Shown here piece after piece: positions 1 to 9,963 of a stretch of DNA of 64,000 nucleotides. How positions within the stretch are numbered: the first letter of the stretch is position 1; each line of letters starts with the position of its first letter. This stretch comes from Candidatus Moraniibacteriota bacterium. Its GTDB lineage: Bacteria; Patescibacteriota; Minisyncoccia; Moranbacterales; GCA-2747515. The notes beneath the pieces were generated by a model. That model made no database searches. It was given only the letters and a program-made list of their open reading frames with translations, and was not told the origin of the DNA. The translations under genes were made by a program, and so were the position numbers. The stretch is taken from positions 2,440-66,439 of the forward strand of contig JAGLWU010000002.1 in NCBI GenBank assembly GCA_023133275.1, in the 5' to 3' direction.

Positions 1-601
1 TTTTTTTAAAATCAAATAAACTATCATTCACCATTAAACCAAAAGCTCGTGCATAATTAGTTTTATCTTTATCTTCATTTTCAATTAAGCCGAACTTTTG
101 ATTATGAATTTTAACTTTTGGAACTTCGAAATCAACAAAATTAACCCATTTGACTTCTCCGATTGACACAACAGCTGAAGAAATATTTTCATTACTTTTT
201 AAACCAATTTCAATTAAATATTTCGATTCAGTAGGTAAAATAAAACTTTTACCTTCACGAAAAACCACAGTCTCTCCAGCTTCATTTTTCAAATCAATTT
301 TATATTTAAATTCCGACGCTCCGTAACGTTCATTAGGATTATTAATTTCAATAGCTAAATCGTAAAGATTATGACCACCATAAATAACATGGTAATCTTC
401 GATGATAATTTTTTCAGCTTCTATTCCTTCTGAGCACTTATTGCACGGACCTCCGCAATCGATATTCTCTTCACCTTGATTTTTCTTTCCATCGACGCAA
501 GATGGATCAGCTGTAAATCTTCTCGTAATTAAAAAAATAATCGTTCCTGCGATAAGCAAATAAATTATTATAATAAAAATTCTTTTCTGGACTCTAAACA
601 T
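1..601 (-). CDS. Membrane-anchored hypothetical protein with Cys motif (partial, runs off the left edge)
   Basis: ATG at 601; manual translation MFRVQKRIFIIIIYLLIAG...SCVDGKKNQGEENIDCGGPCNKC...; N-terminal TM helix; frame open to position 1. Confidence 0.8.
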   Translation of the reverse strand, partial: MFRVQKRIFIIIIYLLIAGTIIFLITRRFTADPSCVDGKKNQGEENIDCGGPCNKCSEGIEAEKIIIEDYHVIYGGHNLYDLAIEINNPNERYGASEFKYKIDLKNEAGETVVFREGKSFILPTESKYLIEIGLKSNENISSAVVSIGEVKWVNFVDFEVPKVKIHNQKFGLIENEDKDKTNYARAFGLMVNDSLFDFKK

Positions 602-774
602 ATTTTGTTTTATTTTAAATTTTCTATATTAAAATTTTACCATAGTTAAAGTCAATTGTCATTTAAAAGCTTTTTGTAAAAAGAAATTTTGCATTATTTA
701 CAAAAGATTGCAAGATTTATAAATTTTAGTAATAATATTTTTAAAATAGATAATATTAGTAATACATTAAACCT

Positions 775-970
775 CTCGGAAGTAAAAGAAGAAAACAGCA
801 GATTTTAAATTTCCTACTTCAGAACTGCGAGTTAAAGGGTAAAAAGCCAGTGCTTACCTTGCGTTCACCCTTTAATTTGGTGGTTGAATCTAAACATCAA
901 CCTATAATGCTCTCCGTGGTAAAGAACGTTAGAGCTTATTTCATGGAAAGGAATAATGAAGTAAGTTTTT
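775..970 (+). ncRNA. Candidate structured non-coding RNA (five consecutive hairpins, U-tract end)
   Basis: Stems gaagta/tacttc, ttaaagggt/accctttaa, ggttga/tcaacc, gctct/agagc, cttatttcat/atgaagtaag, then tttttt; no long ORF. Confidence 0.35.
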
Positions 971-1312
971 TAAATCTATAAAAAATATCTTTAATCACTC
1001 AAAATAAATCTTACTAATTCAAAGTTAAACACCTTTCAAAGTAAAAGTTATACTATTTTTTGTTTTAAATTACACCGACGGCAACATAACCCTCCCCCTA
1101 CCTCCCCCCACGGGAGAATTTAAAGGGGGTGTTTTTTGCGTATAGAGGTATGAGAAGTGGGGCGTCAAAGACATTTTCTTTTATATATATTGTAAATATT
1201 AATAAAAAATTTAATTAATTTTATAATTATTTTATCTTAACGATAATTTATTTTAAAATTTCAATTATAAGTTTATAGTTTTGATTATATTGTAATGTCG
1301 TCAAAAGTCTAA

Positions 1313-1393
1313 TTTGATTATACGCTAGTGTTATCAAAAAATTAATACCCTTAAAATTGCTTATTTAAAGTATTTTTTGGTTAATTTTGATTT
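1313..1393. repeat. Copy 1 of an imperfect ~80-bp direct repeat containing the palindrome TTTGAT-tatACGCTAGyGTt-ATCAAA
   Basis: Aligns by eye with 3702-3782. Confidence 0.85.
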
Positions 1394-1467
1394 AATGTTT
1401 TATAAAAAAACAACAGGAACTTTAAAAAAAGATTATTAGTAAAAAGAGTAAAAGTCAAAGTAAAATT

Positions 1468-2079
1468 TCAATACTGCCCATTCAAACTAACTCTTTCTTT
1501 ATAGACATCCACAACCTCATTCGTAAATCTAAATAATTCATTCAAAGTTTCTCTTGCAGTAAAACCGTCATCTTTTAAATCTAGCTTTAAAATAATGTCG
1601 GCTTGAATTGATGAATTGGCATGACTACCCGTTTTTAAATCAAAAGTTATTAATTCTTTTTTATTGTCTTGGTTTGTAATTTCTACCCAACCATCGACAC
1701 CGCATTGATAATCTAACGGCGTACCGACTGCAGTGTAAAATCTAACTTCTCCAATATCTAAATTATTTTCTTTTAATTTTGTCGCAATCATTGATTCAAT
1801 TTCTTTAGCTACATTTTCCTCATCTCTCTCGCTTTCAATTGGTTGATGAGTTCGTGCAAATCCAAAAAGTTCATGCTTTGCTTTTTGGTATGTTTCAGAT
1901 GTTCGATCTGCTGGTACTGGCATTCTTTCGGCTCTTCCAATTATACATCTCCCTAAAATTGCTTGTTCACACTCTTGTCCTCTATCTGCTTTTCGAGTTT
2001 GCGGATCAACCATTTGTCCCATTTTTTCAACTAAACCTCTTCTTTGTGCTTCTCTTTTTATATATTCAATATATGGCAA
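1468..2079 (-). CDS. Hypothetical protein, possible PD-(D/E)xK-like fold
   Basis: 203-aa ORF; FYTAVGTPLD..GVDGW...ITFDLKT pattern. Confidence 0.7.
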   Translation of the reverse strand: MPYIEYIKREAQRRGLVEKMGQMVDPQTRKADRGQECEQAILGRCIIGRAERMPVPADRTSETYQKAKHELFGFARTHQPIESERDEENVAKEIESMIATKLKENNLDIGEVRFYTAVGTPLDYQCGVDGWVEITNQDNKKELITFDLKTGSHANSSIQADIILKLDLKDDGFTARETLNELFRFTNEVVDVYKERVSLNGQY

Positions 2080-2231
2080 AAATTCATAGCTTGGCTTTTC
2101 AAATTTTTCACCGCCCCCCCCATTGAATTTAACTACTCTTTTATTTCCTTATGTAGATTCTATTTGATTTTCAAAATTCATATTTTTTTAATAATTTTAT
2201 GATTGTATTCTATTATAAATTGAAATTAACA

Positions 2232-3677
2232 TTAAACCAGTAAAAAATAATCTAACGGAATTTTAACTATATTACCTATAATATCTAATTTTTCACTTCC
2301 GATAACTATTCCATATTTAGTTCTATTATTACTTTTTAAAATAGTTTTTTCTACTTGTTTTATTTCTTCTTTGCCAAAACCAATTTCAATTACAATCTCA
2401 TCTTTACTTGAAAAACGTAAAATAAAATCAGCTCCACCACTTCCATAATCATAATACACAATTATCTCCCTAAATAATTCTTTTGAACAAATTAAAGCTA
2501 CATAATCCTCCAGCAAAGATCCCTTTATATCATCACCAAAAATACCATTTAACAAACCCGCTCTAATATTTGAACTAATAAATAAATATTTTGATGATTT
2601 TTTAACTTGTTTATAGGGTTGTCCATACGGTTTAACCTCAAAAAGTATTTCTGCGTCAACTAAAGATGCTAAAATCTTATTTACAGTACTAGAGTGAATT
2701 TTTAAAGTATTAGCTAAATTACCTGTGCTTATTTCACTAGAATTAGCCAACAAAAATAAAACATCAGGAATCCTTACAAGTGTCTCTGCATCAAAATCAC
2801 CCGAAAGAATTAAATCTCTTTGAATAATATTAGTTAAAACCATATTCTTAATTCTTTCCAATGCTGATGATTTATTTTCCATTTCTGCCGAAAAAGGAAA
2901 AGCCCCTCGCAAAAAATAATTATTTTTTATAAACTGTAAATTTTTAATTTTAGATAATTCCTTTACAATTGATGATTGTAAATTTACTAAAGAATTATAA
3001 ACCTCCTCTGCATTATTTTTATTAAAAATTGAGTTTTTTATTTTTTTACTTAATTTATCATCTAACTCTACATTTTCATGCAAAAACAAATTTTCTGAAA
3101 ATTTCTCGGGCAAAATTCTCTTTGTTTTTGACCTTCTTACCAAATCTTTATTTTTTTGATTTAAGAAAATAGCCGATGAACCAGTAGCCACAATTAATAT
3201 ATTATTATTACCTTTTGTTTTATCAAAAAGTAATTTTAAAAACAAATCCCATTTTTCATCATATTGAATTTCATCAATAAGCAAAAGTATTTTTTTTGAG
3301 CTATTGCTTAATCCACTCCATATATTTTTTTCGAGATAAGATATAAATTCTTGTAAAGATATTTTTTCAGACAAAAGACGGTCCACTGAAATATATATTT
3401 TCTCATCAAGGTTATTTTTTGTTTTATTAAATTTTTCATAAAAATATAGCTGAGATAACAAAGTAGTTTTTCCTACCCCTCGAATACCTGGTAAAACAAT
3501 TATTTTATTTTCTTCTGAAAGAGAATTGTTTAATAAATCATCTAAATATTTTTTTAATTCAATATAAACAAACCTTGTTTTTCTTAATTCTTTTTTTTCA
3601 TTGAAAATATACCCCGATAAATAATCATCGAGATTAGCTTTCCATTCAATATAAAAATTTTCTATTTTTTTGTTCAT
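2232..3677 (-). CDS. AAA+ ATPase (AAA_14/DUF4143-type) with wHTH and C-terminal nuclease-like domain
   Basis: Walker A GIRGVGKTT, Walker B LLIDEIQ, ATGSS, RGAFP, C-terminal ADF...IEIG. Confidence 0.88.
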   Translation of the reverse strand: MNKKIENFYIEWKANLDDYLSGYIFNEKKELRKTRFVYIELKKYLDDLLNNSLSEENKIIVLPGIRGVGKTTLLSQLYFYEKFNKTKNNLDEKIYISVDRLLSEKISLQEFISYLEKNIWSGLSNSSKKILLLIDEIQYDEKWDLFLKLLFDKTKGNNNILIVATGSSAIFLNQKNKDLVRRSKTKRILPEKFSENLFLHENVELDDKLSKKIKNSIFNKNNAEEVYNSLVNLQSSIVKELSKIKNLQFIKNNYFLRGAFPFSAEMENKSSALERIKNMVLTNIIQRDLILSGDFDAETLVRIPDVLFLLANSSEISTGNLANTLKIHSSTVNKILASLVDAEILFEVKPYGQPYKQVKKSSKYLFISSNIRAGLLNGIFGDDIKGSLLEDYVALICSKELFREIIVYYDYGSGGADFILRFSSKDEIVIEIGFGKEEIKQVEKTILKSNNRTKYGIVIGSEKLDIIGNIVKIPLDYFLLV

Positions 3678-3701
3678 ACTATAATCATAACAAAATTATA
3701 T

Positions 3702-3782
3702 TTTGATTATACGCTAGCGTTATCAAAAAGTCAATGCTTTAAGAATAGCTCACTTAAAGGATTTTTTGATTAATTTTGATTT
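3702..3782. promoter_or_regulatory. Copy 2 of the ~80-bp repeat; palindromic putative operator upstream of the AAA ATPase
   Basis: ttttgattatACGCTAGCGTtatcaaaa about 25 bp upstream of the start codon at 3677. Confidence 0.55.
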
Positions 3783-3837
3783 TTAAAATTTTAACTTTTT
3801 TCATTTTTAAGGTTTAGAAGTTAATTTTTGACATTAT

Positions 3838-4752
3838 CTTTTTTATCATGGAGAGTTTGAATATGGCGGAAAGTGGCATAAAGGACAACACGAACCAATA
3901 ATGACAAAAAGTGAATTTAATCAAATTCAAGTTATTTTAGGAAAGAAAAGACCTGATAAGCCCCACAAAAACACCTTTCCATTTACTGGATTAATGAAAT
4001 GCGGTGAATGTGGCAAGGTTGTTACTGCTGAACATAAATATAAAAAGCAAAAGAACGGAAATAAACATCATTATATTTATTATCATTGTACAGCTAAAAA
4101 TAAAAGTATATGTTCTCAAAGTGTGGTAAACCAAAAAGAAATAAGTAAGCAAATGATTGATATAGTAAACTCAATTAAAGTCCCTAGAGACTTTGTTAAA
4201 TGGGCTTTAGAGGTGATTAAAAAACAAAATAATGCAGAGGTCCAAACTAGAATTAGTATAATTGAAAGTCAACGCAAAGCCTATGATAAATGTAGTACTA
4301 AGATTGATACTTTGATAGAAATGCGGATTAACGGCGAACTATTAGAAGAGGAATTTTCAAATAAGAAAAAGGATATTCAAGAAGAAAAAGAACGATTGAA
4401 TAAAATTATAAACAATGTTGATAGTAAGGCTGATAAATGGATGGGAGAAGTTGAGGATGTTTTTAATTTTTCTGAAATGATTAGTACTAAATTTGAAAAT
4501 TCAGATGATTTAACAAAGAAAAAAATAATTAGAAATATTTGTTCGAACCTCTACTTAAAAGATAAGAAAGTTAGTATTCAATTGAAAAAACCATTTGAAG
4601 AGTTGCAAGTAGTCTCAAAGTTCATAAGAAACGAAAGTATAGTTGTTAGAACCGCTGGAAATAGCTTAGATAAAAGAAAAACTGCCCTTTCTTATGGACA
4701 GTTTCCTACTATGCTCCGAGAGTCGGATTCGAACCGACGACCAATTGGTTAA
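3838..4752 (+). pseudogene. 5'-truncated large serine recombinase (recombinase tail, Zn-ribbon, coiled coil; catalytic domain absent)
   Basis: In-frame FYHGEFEYGGKWHKGQHEPIMT upstream of the ORF start; GLMKCGECG...YIYYHC Zn-ribbon; in-frame TGA at 3829; 3' end overlaps tRNA-Asn. Confidence 0.85.
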
Positions 4753-4785
4753 CAGCCAACTGCTCTACCGCTGAGCTATCTCGGA
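4714..4785 (-). tRNA. tRNA-Asn (GTT)
   Basis: TCCGAGATAGCTCAGCGGTAGAGCAGTTGGCTGTTAACCAATTGGTCGTCGGTTCGAATCCGACTCTCGGAG folds as a cloverleaf. Confidence 0.96.
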
Positions 4786-4832
4786 ATATCAACATACAAA
4801 TAGAATTATAAATCAATTTTAAAGAATAATCA

Positions 4833-4865
4833 AGTGTCTCGTACACAAAAAGAAAACGAGACACT
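4833..4865 (-). terminator. Hairpin downstream of rpoD
   Basis: agtgtctcgt...acgagacact inverted repeat. Confidence 0.55.
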
Positions 4866-4892
4866 CAAAATAATTCTATTAGTACAATTTTA

Positions 4893-6107
4893 TTAGTAAT
4901 CCTTCAATTTGTCAATAACTGCATGTTCTCTAATTTTTTCCAAAGCCTTAGCTTCAATCTGACGAATCCTTTCTCGAGTAACTCCAAACTCCTGACCAAC
5001 TTCCTCCAAAGTATGAGTAACGCCATCTTCTAAACCAAAACGGATTTTAATAATTTTCTGTTCACGAGGCGAAAGTTCACTTAAAACTTCCGTAACATGT
5101 TCAGATAATAAAGTTCGAGAAGCTCCCTTATTTGGCATAATAGTCTCAGTGTCTTCAATAAAATCACTCAACACACTATTATCATCACTGTCCCCAACTG
5201 AAGTTTCCAACGAAACTGTCTCCTGAGAAATCTTTTGAATATGACGAACTTTCTCAATTTCTAAATCCATCTCAGCCGCGACCTCCTCTGGCAATGGCTC
5301 TCTCCCCAACTCTTGTACAAGACGCCTCACAACCTGCATATATTTATTGATCGTCTCCACCATGTGAACTGGAATACGAATAGTTCGAGACTGATCTGCC
5401 AATGCTCGAGTGATCGCCTGACGAATCCACCAAGTCGCATAAGTAGAAAATTTATATCCTCGATGATAGTCAAACTTTTCCACTGCCCGAAATAAACCAA
5501 TGTTCCCCTCTTGAATTAAATCGAGCAAAGAAAGATTAGCTGAACGACCAACATATTTTTTTGCAATTGAAACTACCAAACGTAAATTTGCCTCAGCTAA
5601 TTTTTGTTTAGCTGCCTCATCACCCTTTTCAATCGCCTTAGCCAAAGTAACCTCCTCCTCTGATTTCAAAAGTGGCACCCGTCCAATTTCTTTAAGATAC
5701 ATTTGCACCAAATCACCAGCATTACTTTCAGTTACCGCTGTCTCCTGAACAAGAATCTCATCACTTTTTTTCTGGGCTTTTTTTCTTTTAGACTTATCTT
5801 TAATATGCGACTCTACGTGCAACATTTCATCAGTCCTAAGAATTCTGATATTATTATTTTCCAATTGATCATAAAAATCCTCCAAATCTTCTAAATTTTT
5901 CTCAATATCTGGCATCACGTGCATAATCTCATCTTCAGTAATAAAATTCCGTTGCCTCCCTCGAGCAAAAAGATCTTGAAGAGGTTTACTTAATTCTATT
6001 TGATCAGCTTTTTTACGATCAACTCTTTTTTTTGTCACTTTTTTCTTTGCAGTTTTTTTTCTAGAAGATTTTTTAGTTGCTTTTTTTGTAGTTTTTTTTC
6101 TTACCAT
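4893..6107 (-). CDS. rpoD: RNA polymerase sigma factor RpoD
   Basis: [59 protein letters not shown]. Confidence 0.97.
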   Translation of the reverse strand: MVRKKTTKKATKKSSRKKTAKKKVTKKRVDRKKADQIELSKPLQDLFARGRQRNFITEDEIMHVMPDIEKNLEDLEDFYDQLENNNIRILRTDEMLHVESHIKDKSKRKKAQKKSDEILVQETAVTESNAGDLVQMYLKEIGRVPLLKSEEEVTLAKAIEKGDEAAKQKLAEANLRLVVSIAKKYVGRSANLSLLDLIQEGNIGLFRAVEKFDYHRGYKFSTYATWWIRQAITRALADQSRTIRIPVHMVETINKYMQVVRRLVQELGREPLPEEVAAEMDLEIEKVRHIQKISQETVSLETSVGDSDDNSVLSDFIEDTETIMPNKGASRTLLSEHVTEVLSELSPREQKIIKIRFGLEDGVTHTLEEVGQEFGVTRERIRQIEAKALEKIREHAVIDKLKDY

Positions 6108-6144
6108 AATATTTTAATTATTAGTTAATGTTTTTTAAATTTTA

Positions 6145-7944
6145 CTATGAATGATTCACTAAATTTTTTGAAGCCTGATTTATTTTTTCTAAAATATTTT
6201 TCTGTTCTTGATAATCACCCGTCTTCTGCACTTTTTTTAACTCTTGAGTCAACCGAGTAATTTCTTGCTTATTTTTTTCTTGAACAACATTTTTAATATA
6301 ATCTTCCATATCGGAAATAGGACTACTTTCGTCATAATGCTCAATTTCATACCTCTGTTTAAAATTCAAAGCCTCTTTGTAAATATTTTCTCGACTATTA
6401 TCTTTACTAACAAAATTACCCGCTTCAAAATTACAGTCTGGACCTTCTCGAATTAAAACAGCTAAAAAATTATGTTCTTTCAAAATTGAATATCTTTTTT
6501 TATTATCATAAATATGTTTCCAAACGTGCGGATAAGACAACATCATCAAAGCAATTATTTTATACAAACGATATAATCTAGAATTTTTAATTTCATCACT
6601 GACGTTTTTTTGAACACTCTTTTCTGCTGATTTATAATTTTTAAAAACTTTATTGTCTTCTATTTTATATTTATCCACAATGTCAAAAATTACTTTTTCT
6701 TCAACATTGAAAATATCTGCACATTTCGAAATCCACGCCTCCCGCTCTATTTTATTATCAATTTTAGAAACAAAAGAAACTACTTCATCCACTGCCAATC
6801 GTTTATCATGCGGATCAGAAAAATCATATTTACTTTTCGCCAAATCAATAAAAGTCACAATCACATTTTTTGCCTCACTAATAATTTGCTTTAACTTTTC
6901 AGGATCATCTTTAACAATGTCCGCCGCATCTTTTCCTTCTTTCAAGATAATTATGGAAAGACTAACATCTGCCGACAAACAAGTTTTTGCACTTCGCTCA
7001 ACTGCTTTCATCCCTGCATCATCCGAATCAAAAAATAAAACAAAATTTTTCGTATACCGTTTAAGAATTTTAATATGATCATCCGTCAAAGCTGTCCCTG
7101 AAACTGCCACTACATTTTCCACGTCCGCCTGCCAAGCTGCCATCACATCCATATTACCTTCCATAATTATCACCTGATCTTTTTGCTTAATTGACTGTTT
7201 TGCCAAATCAATTCCGTAAAGAATACTACTTTTGTGATAAAGTGGCGACTCTGGCGTATTAACATATTTTGCTTGAGACTCATCTTGCCCAGGTAAAACT
7301 CGAGCCGTAAATCCAACCACTCGACCTAAAGAATCTGCAATCGGAAAAATAATTCTATTACGAAAACGATCGTAATATCCACCTGCATTTTTTTCAACTA
7401 AAAGTCCTGCTTCAAAAATATCTTCTTTCGTAAAATTTTGATTCACTAAAAAATTTTCTAAATAATTCCAACCTTTTGGTGCAAATCCAATTTTAAATTT
7501 TTTAATAATTTCATCGCTCATTCCCCGCTCTCGTAAATATTTTAAAATTTCATTATCATTATTTCCCGCAAAAAGTTGTTTAGCATAAAATCGAGCCGTT
7601 AAATCTAAAATAGAATAAAAAGTATCGTTTTTTTGTTTTGTCTCTTTATTCTGAGAAAAATTATTTTGCAATTCAACACCAGATCTTTCCGCCAACATTT
7701 TCAAAGCCTCTTGAAAACCAATTCCTTCAATTTCCATGATAAAAGTCAAAATATCACCACTCTGATTACAGCCAAAACAGTGATAAAATTGTTTGTCCTC
7801 ATTAACAATAAAAGAAGGTGTTTTTTCCTGATGAAAAGGACAATTAGCTTTTAAACTACTTCCCGTTTTGATCAATTTTACGTACTCACCCACTATATCC
7901 ACAATGTTAACTCTGGACTTTACTAATTCGACATCCGATGACAT
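6145..7944 (-). CDS. dnaG: DNA primase
   Basis: CHC2 Zn finger CPFHQEKTPSF..HCFGC, DRFRNRIIFPI, KYVNTPE, TOPRIM EGNMD/FDSD. Confidence 0.97.
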   Translation of the reverse strand: MSSDVELVKSRVNIVDIVGEYVKLIKTGSSLKANCPFHQEKTPSFIVNEDKQFYHCFGCNQSGDILTFIMEIEGIGFQEALKMLAERSGVELQNNFSQNKETKQKNDTFYSILDLTARFYAKQLFAGNNDNEILKYLRERGMSDEIIKKFKIGFAPKGWNYLENFLVNQNFTKEDIFEAGLLVEKNAGGYYDRFRNRIIFPIADSLGRVVGFTARVLPGQDESQAKYVNTPESPLYHKSSILYGIDLAKQSIKQKDQVIIMEGNMDVMAAWQADVENVVAVSGTALTDDHIKILKRYTKNFVLFFDSDDAGMKAVERSAKTCLSADVSLSIIILKEGKDAADIVKDDPEKLKQIISEAKNVIVTFIDLAKSKYDFSDPHDKRLAVDEVVSFVSKIDNKIEREAWISKCADIFNVEEKVIFDIVDKYKIEDNKVFKNYKSAEKSVQKNVSDEIKNSRLYRLYKIIALMMLSYPHVWKHIYDNKKRYSILKEHNFLAVLIREGPDCNFEAGNFVSKDNSRENIYKEALNFKQRYEIEHYDESSPISDMEDYIKNVVQEKNKQEITRLTQELKKVQKTGDYQEQKNILEKINQASKNLVNHS

Positions 7945-8077
7945 ATTTTGATAATATTGATGATTTAAGAAGTTTCTTAGTAAAAAATGGAAATTTAGTT
8001 TTTTGTTTTTACGTATATATTAATAGTACACATGAAACGATAAAAATATTTCACTTTCTATTTTTTTAAAAAATAAT

Positions 8078-8215
8078 TGTACTAGCCGTACGGGCTTTTC
8101 TGAAACAAGGGGTCATGACCCCTCATTCAATTCTTAAAAGTTTTCTGTCACTCTGAACGGAATAATTTTTATGAAACAAAATTACGTAGTGAAGGATCCC
8201 CCACAAAGAATCCGA
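8078..8215. repeat. Composite intergenic repeat (gtactagccgtacgggctttt + ggggtcatgacccc palindrome + TGTCA..GTGAAG unit)
   Basis: Modules shared with 26233-26412, 28371-28674, 32851-33021, 50534-50790. Confidence 0.75.
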
Positions 8216-8290
8216 AAGTCCCCAATCATATCACTTTAAAAAGCTTTCATCAAACTAAAAATTTAAAAATAATAATTCAAAAAAGTACTT

Positions 8291-9277
8291 TTAATTACTT
8301 AAAAGCAATAAAATTAATCCTATCATTTTATCTATTTCTTTAGGATTAGATTCCGCAATCAAAAGAGTAAGAATCGTCAAAGTCTCTGGAGAAATATTTT
8401 TCCGAAAATCAAAATTCGCCTTTTGCAAAAACCAAATGAACGAAAAAGCTCCGGTTCGTTTATTGCCATCAGTAAACGGATGATTCTTAATCACAAAATA
8501 CATCAAATGTGCCGCCTTCTCCTCAACGGTCAAATAAACATCCTTCCCAAAAATAGACTGCAACACATTTCCCAAAATACCATCCAAATTTCCTTTTTTC
8601 TTTTCTTGTGCAAAAAGTTCAGTTGCCTCTTTTTTTGAAACAAGTTCTTTTTTAAATATCTCAATGTCAGCATATAAATCTTTAGCTTGAACTTTCACTT
8701 TTTTCTCACTCATTCCTTTTTGCGGAAATTTTTGTTTATCATACTGATCCAGAGAAAACCAAGTTTCCGAAAATGTTTTAACTAATTCCAAAGCATCTTC
8801 TGTTTTAATTTTAGAATTACTTTTTGTTAAAACTTTTACATTTTCTGCAGTTTGTAAAAATTCTTGATAATTTTTTGCAAGTTGATGTTCGTTAATTGTA
8901 AAACCTTTAGTAATATGTGCTTTCAAAATTTTTATTGCCCATTGTCGAAAAGTAATAGCGACGGAAGAATTTGTACGATAGCCTACCGCAAGAATTATAT
9001 CTAAATTGTAAAATTTTATTTCTCTTGTTTGTGTTTTTCCTTTAACTGCACCATGTTGAGTGGTTTGTGCAAAATTTGCACAAACCATTTGTTCGTCAAT
9101 CTCTCCATCATCAAAAATATTTTTAATATGTTTTGTAATGACTGTTCTATCTACTTCAAAAATTTGAGCAATTTGTTTTTGATTTGCCCAAATTGTTTCA
9201 TTTTGTGCGTCTTCCTTCAAACGGATTTCTCCATCTTTTGTTTGATATATTGCTAATTTTTTGAGATTGTTTTTCAT
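8291..9277 (-). CDS. RhuM-family virulence protein fused to a Fic/Doc domain
   Basis: ETIWANQKQIAQIF, YNLDIILAVGYRTNS, FRQWA; Fic motif HPFTDGNKR. Confidence 0.92.
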   Translation of the reverse strand: MKNNLKKLAIYQTKDGEIRLKEDAQNETIWANQKQIAQIFEVDRTVITKHIKNIFDDGEIDEQMVCANFAQTTQHGAVKGKTQTREIKFYNLDIILAVGYRTNSSVAITFRQWAIKILKAHITKGFTINEHQLAKNYQEFLQTAENVKVLTKSNSKIKTEDALELVKTFSETWFSLDQYDKQKFPQKGMSEKKVKVQAKDLYADIEIFKKELVSKKEATELFAQEKKKGNLDGILGNVLQSIFGKDVYLTVEEKAAHLMYFVIKNHPFTDGNKRTGAFSFIWFLQKANFDFRKNISPETLTILTLLIAESNPKEIDKMIGLILLLLSN

Positions 9278-9343
9278 GATTTTATTATATCATTTAATTT
9301 ACAAAATTTACACATTATTTTTTAAATAGAATAAAATATCATA

Positions 9344-9946
9344 TTATTTGAAATTTTCATCTTCCTCCCATTTTTGAAAATTATAAATAATATAATTTCT
9401 AATATTTAATAATTCTTTTTCATTTCTAATAATTCTATCGTAAAATCTAGGTTGCCATGCAAAATTTATTTTGTGATCTTTATTTTTTATTTTAAAATTC
9501 TTATTTATTGTTTTTGTGCAAATTGATTTAAATGAACCAATTATCGCTGAAATTGTATTTTTACCTTGATTTTGAAAACGATTTTTTCCAATATTTTCAT
9601 CCGCCTCCACCGTAGAGATAAGGCACTGCCTTGTCTCTACATTTGCGGAAATTTCTCGCTCTACCTCATCAATCACAATTATTCCATGAATGTGATTTGG
9701 CATAATTATAAATTCATCTAATCGTACATTTTGAAAATGATTTGGAATTTCCAACCAAAATTTTTCTACGATTTTTCCTATTTCATTTAAAATTAATTTT
9801 TGATCTTTTATTTTTCCAAAATAATTTTCTTTGTTTTTTGTGCAAATTGTTATGTAATACTAACCTGCTGATGCGTAATTCCAGTTTTGTAAACGGGTTG
9901 ATTTTGTGCGATATTTATTTTTGTATTTTTCTGGATTTATTTGCAT
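9344..9946 (-). pseudogene. REP-associated tyrosine transposase (RAYT, Y1/HUH) interrupted by an in-frame TAG at codon 29
   Basis: ATG at 9946: MQINPEKYKNKYRTKSTRLQNWNYASAG*YYITICT...MPNHIHGII...WQPRFYDRIIR...YIIYN; TAG at 9860-9862. Confidence 0.9.
9612..9640. repeat. GTAG-REP palindrome inside the RAYT coding sequence
   Basis: gtagagataaggca c tgccttgtctctac. Confidence 0.85.
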
Positions 9947-9963
9947 TTGTTTAATTCTTCACA

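Noticed and set aside
775-970. T-box riboswitch or tmRNA
   Set aside because: Lacks the GGTGGxACC antiterminator consensus and tRNA-like ends; no downstream synthetase gene
9860-9862. Stop-codon reassignment suggested by in-frame TAG in RAYT and the TrmB remnant
   Set aside because: TAG, TGA and TAA all terminate intact core genes (e.g. rplI, mreC, ftsH), and long genes are open in code 11
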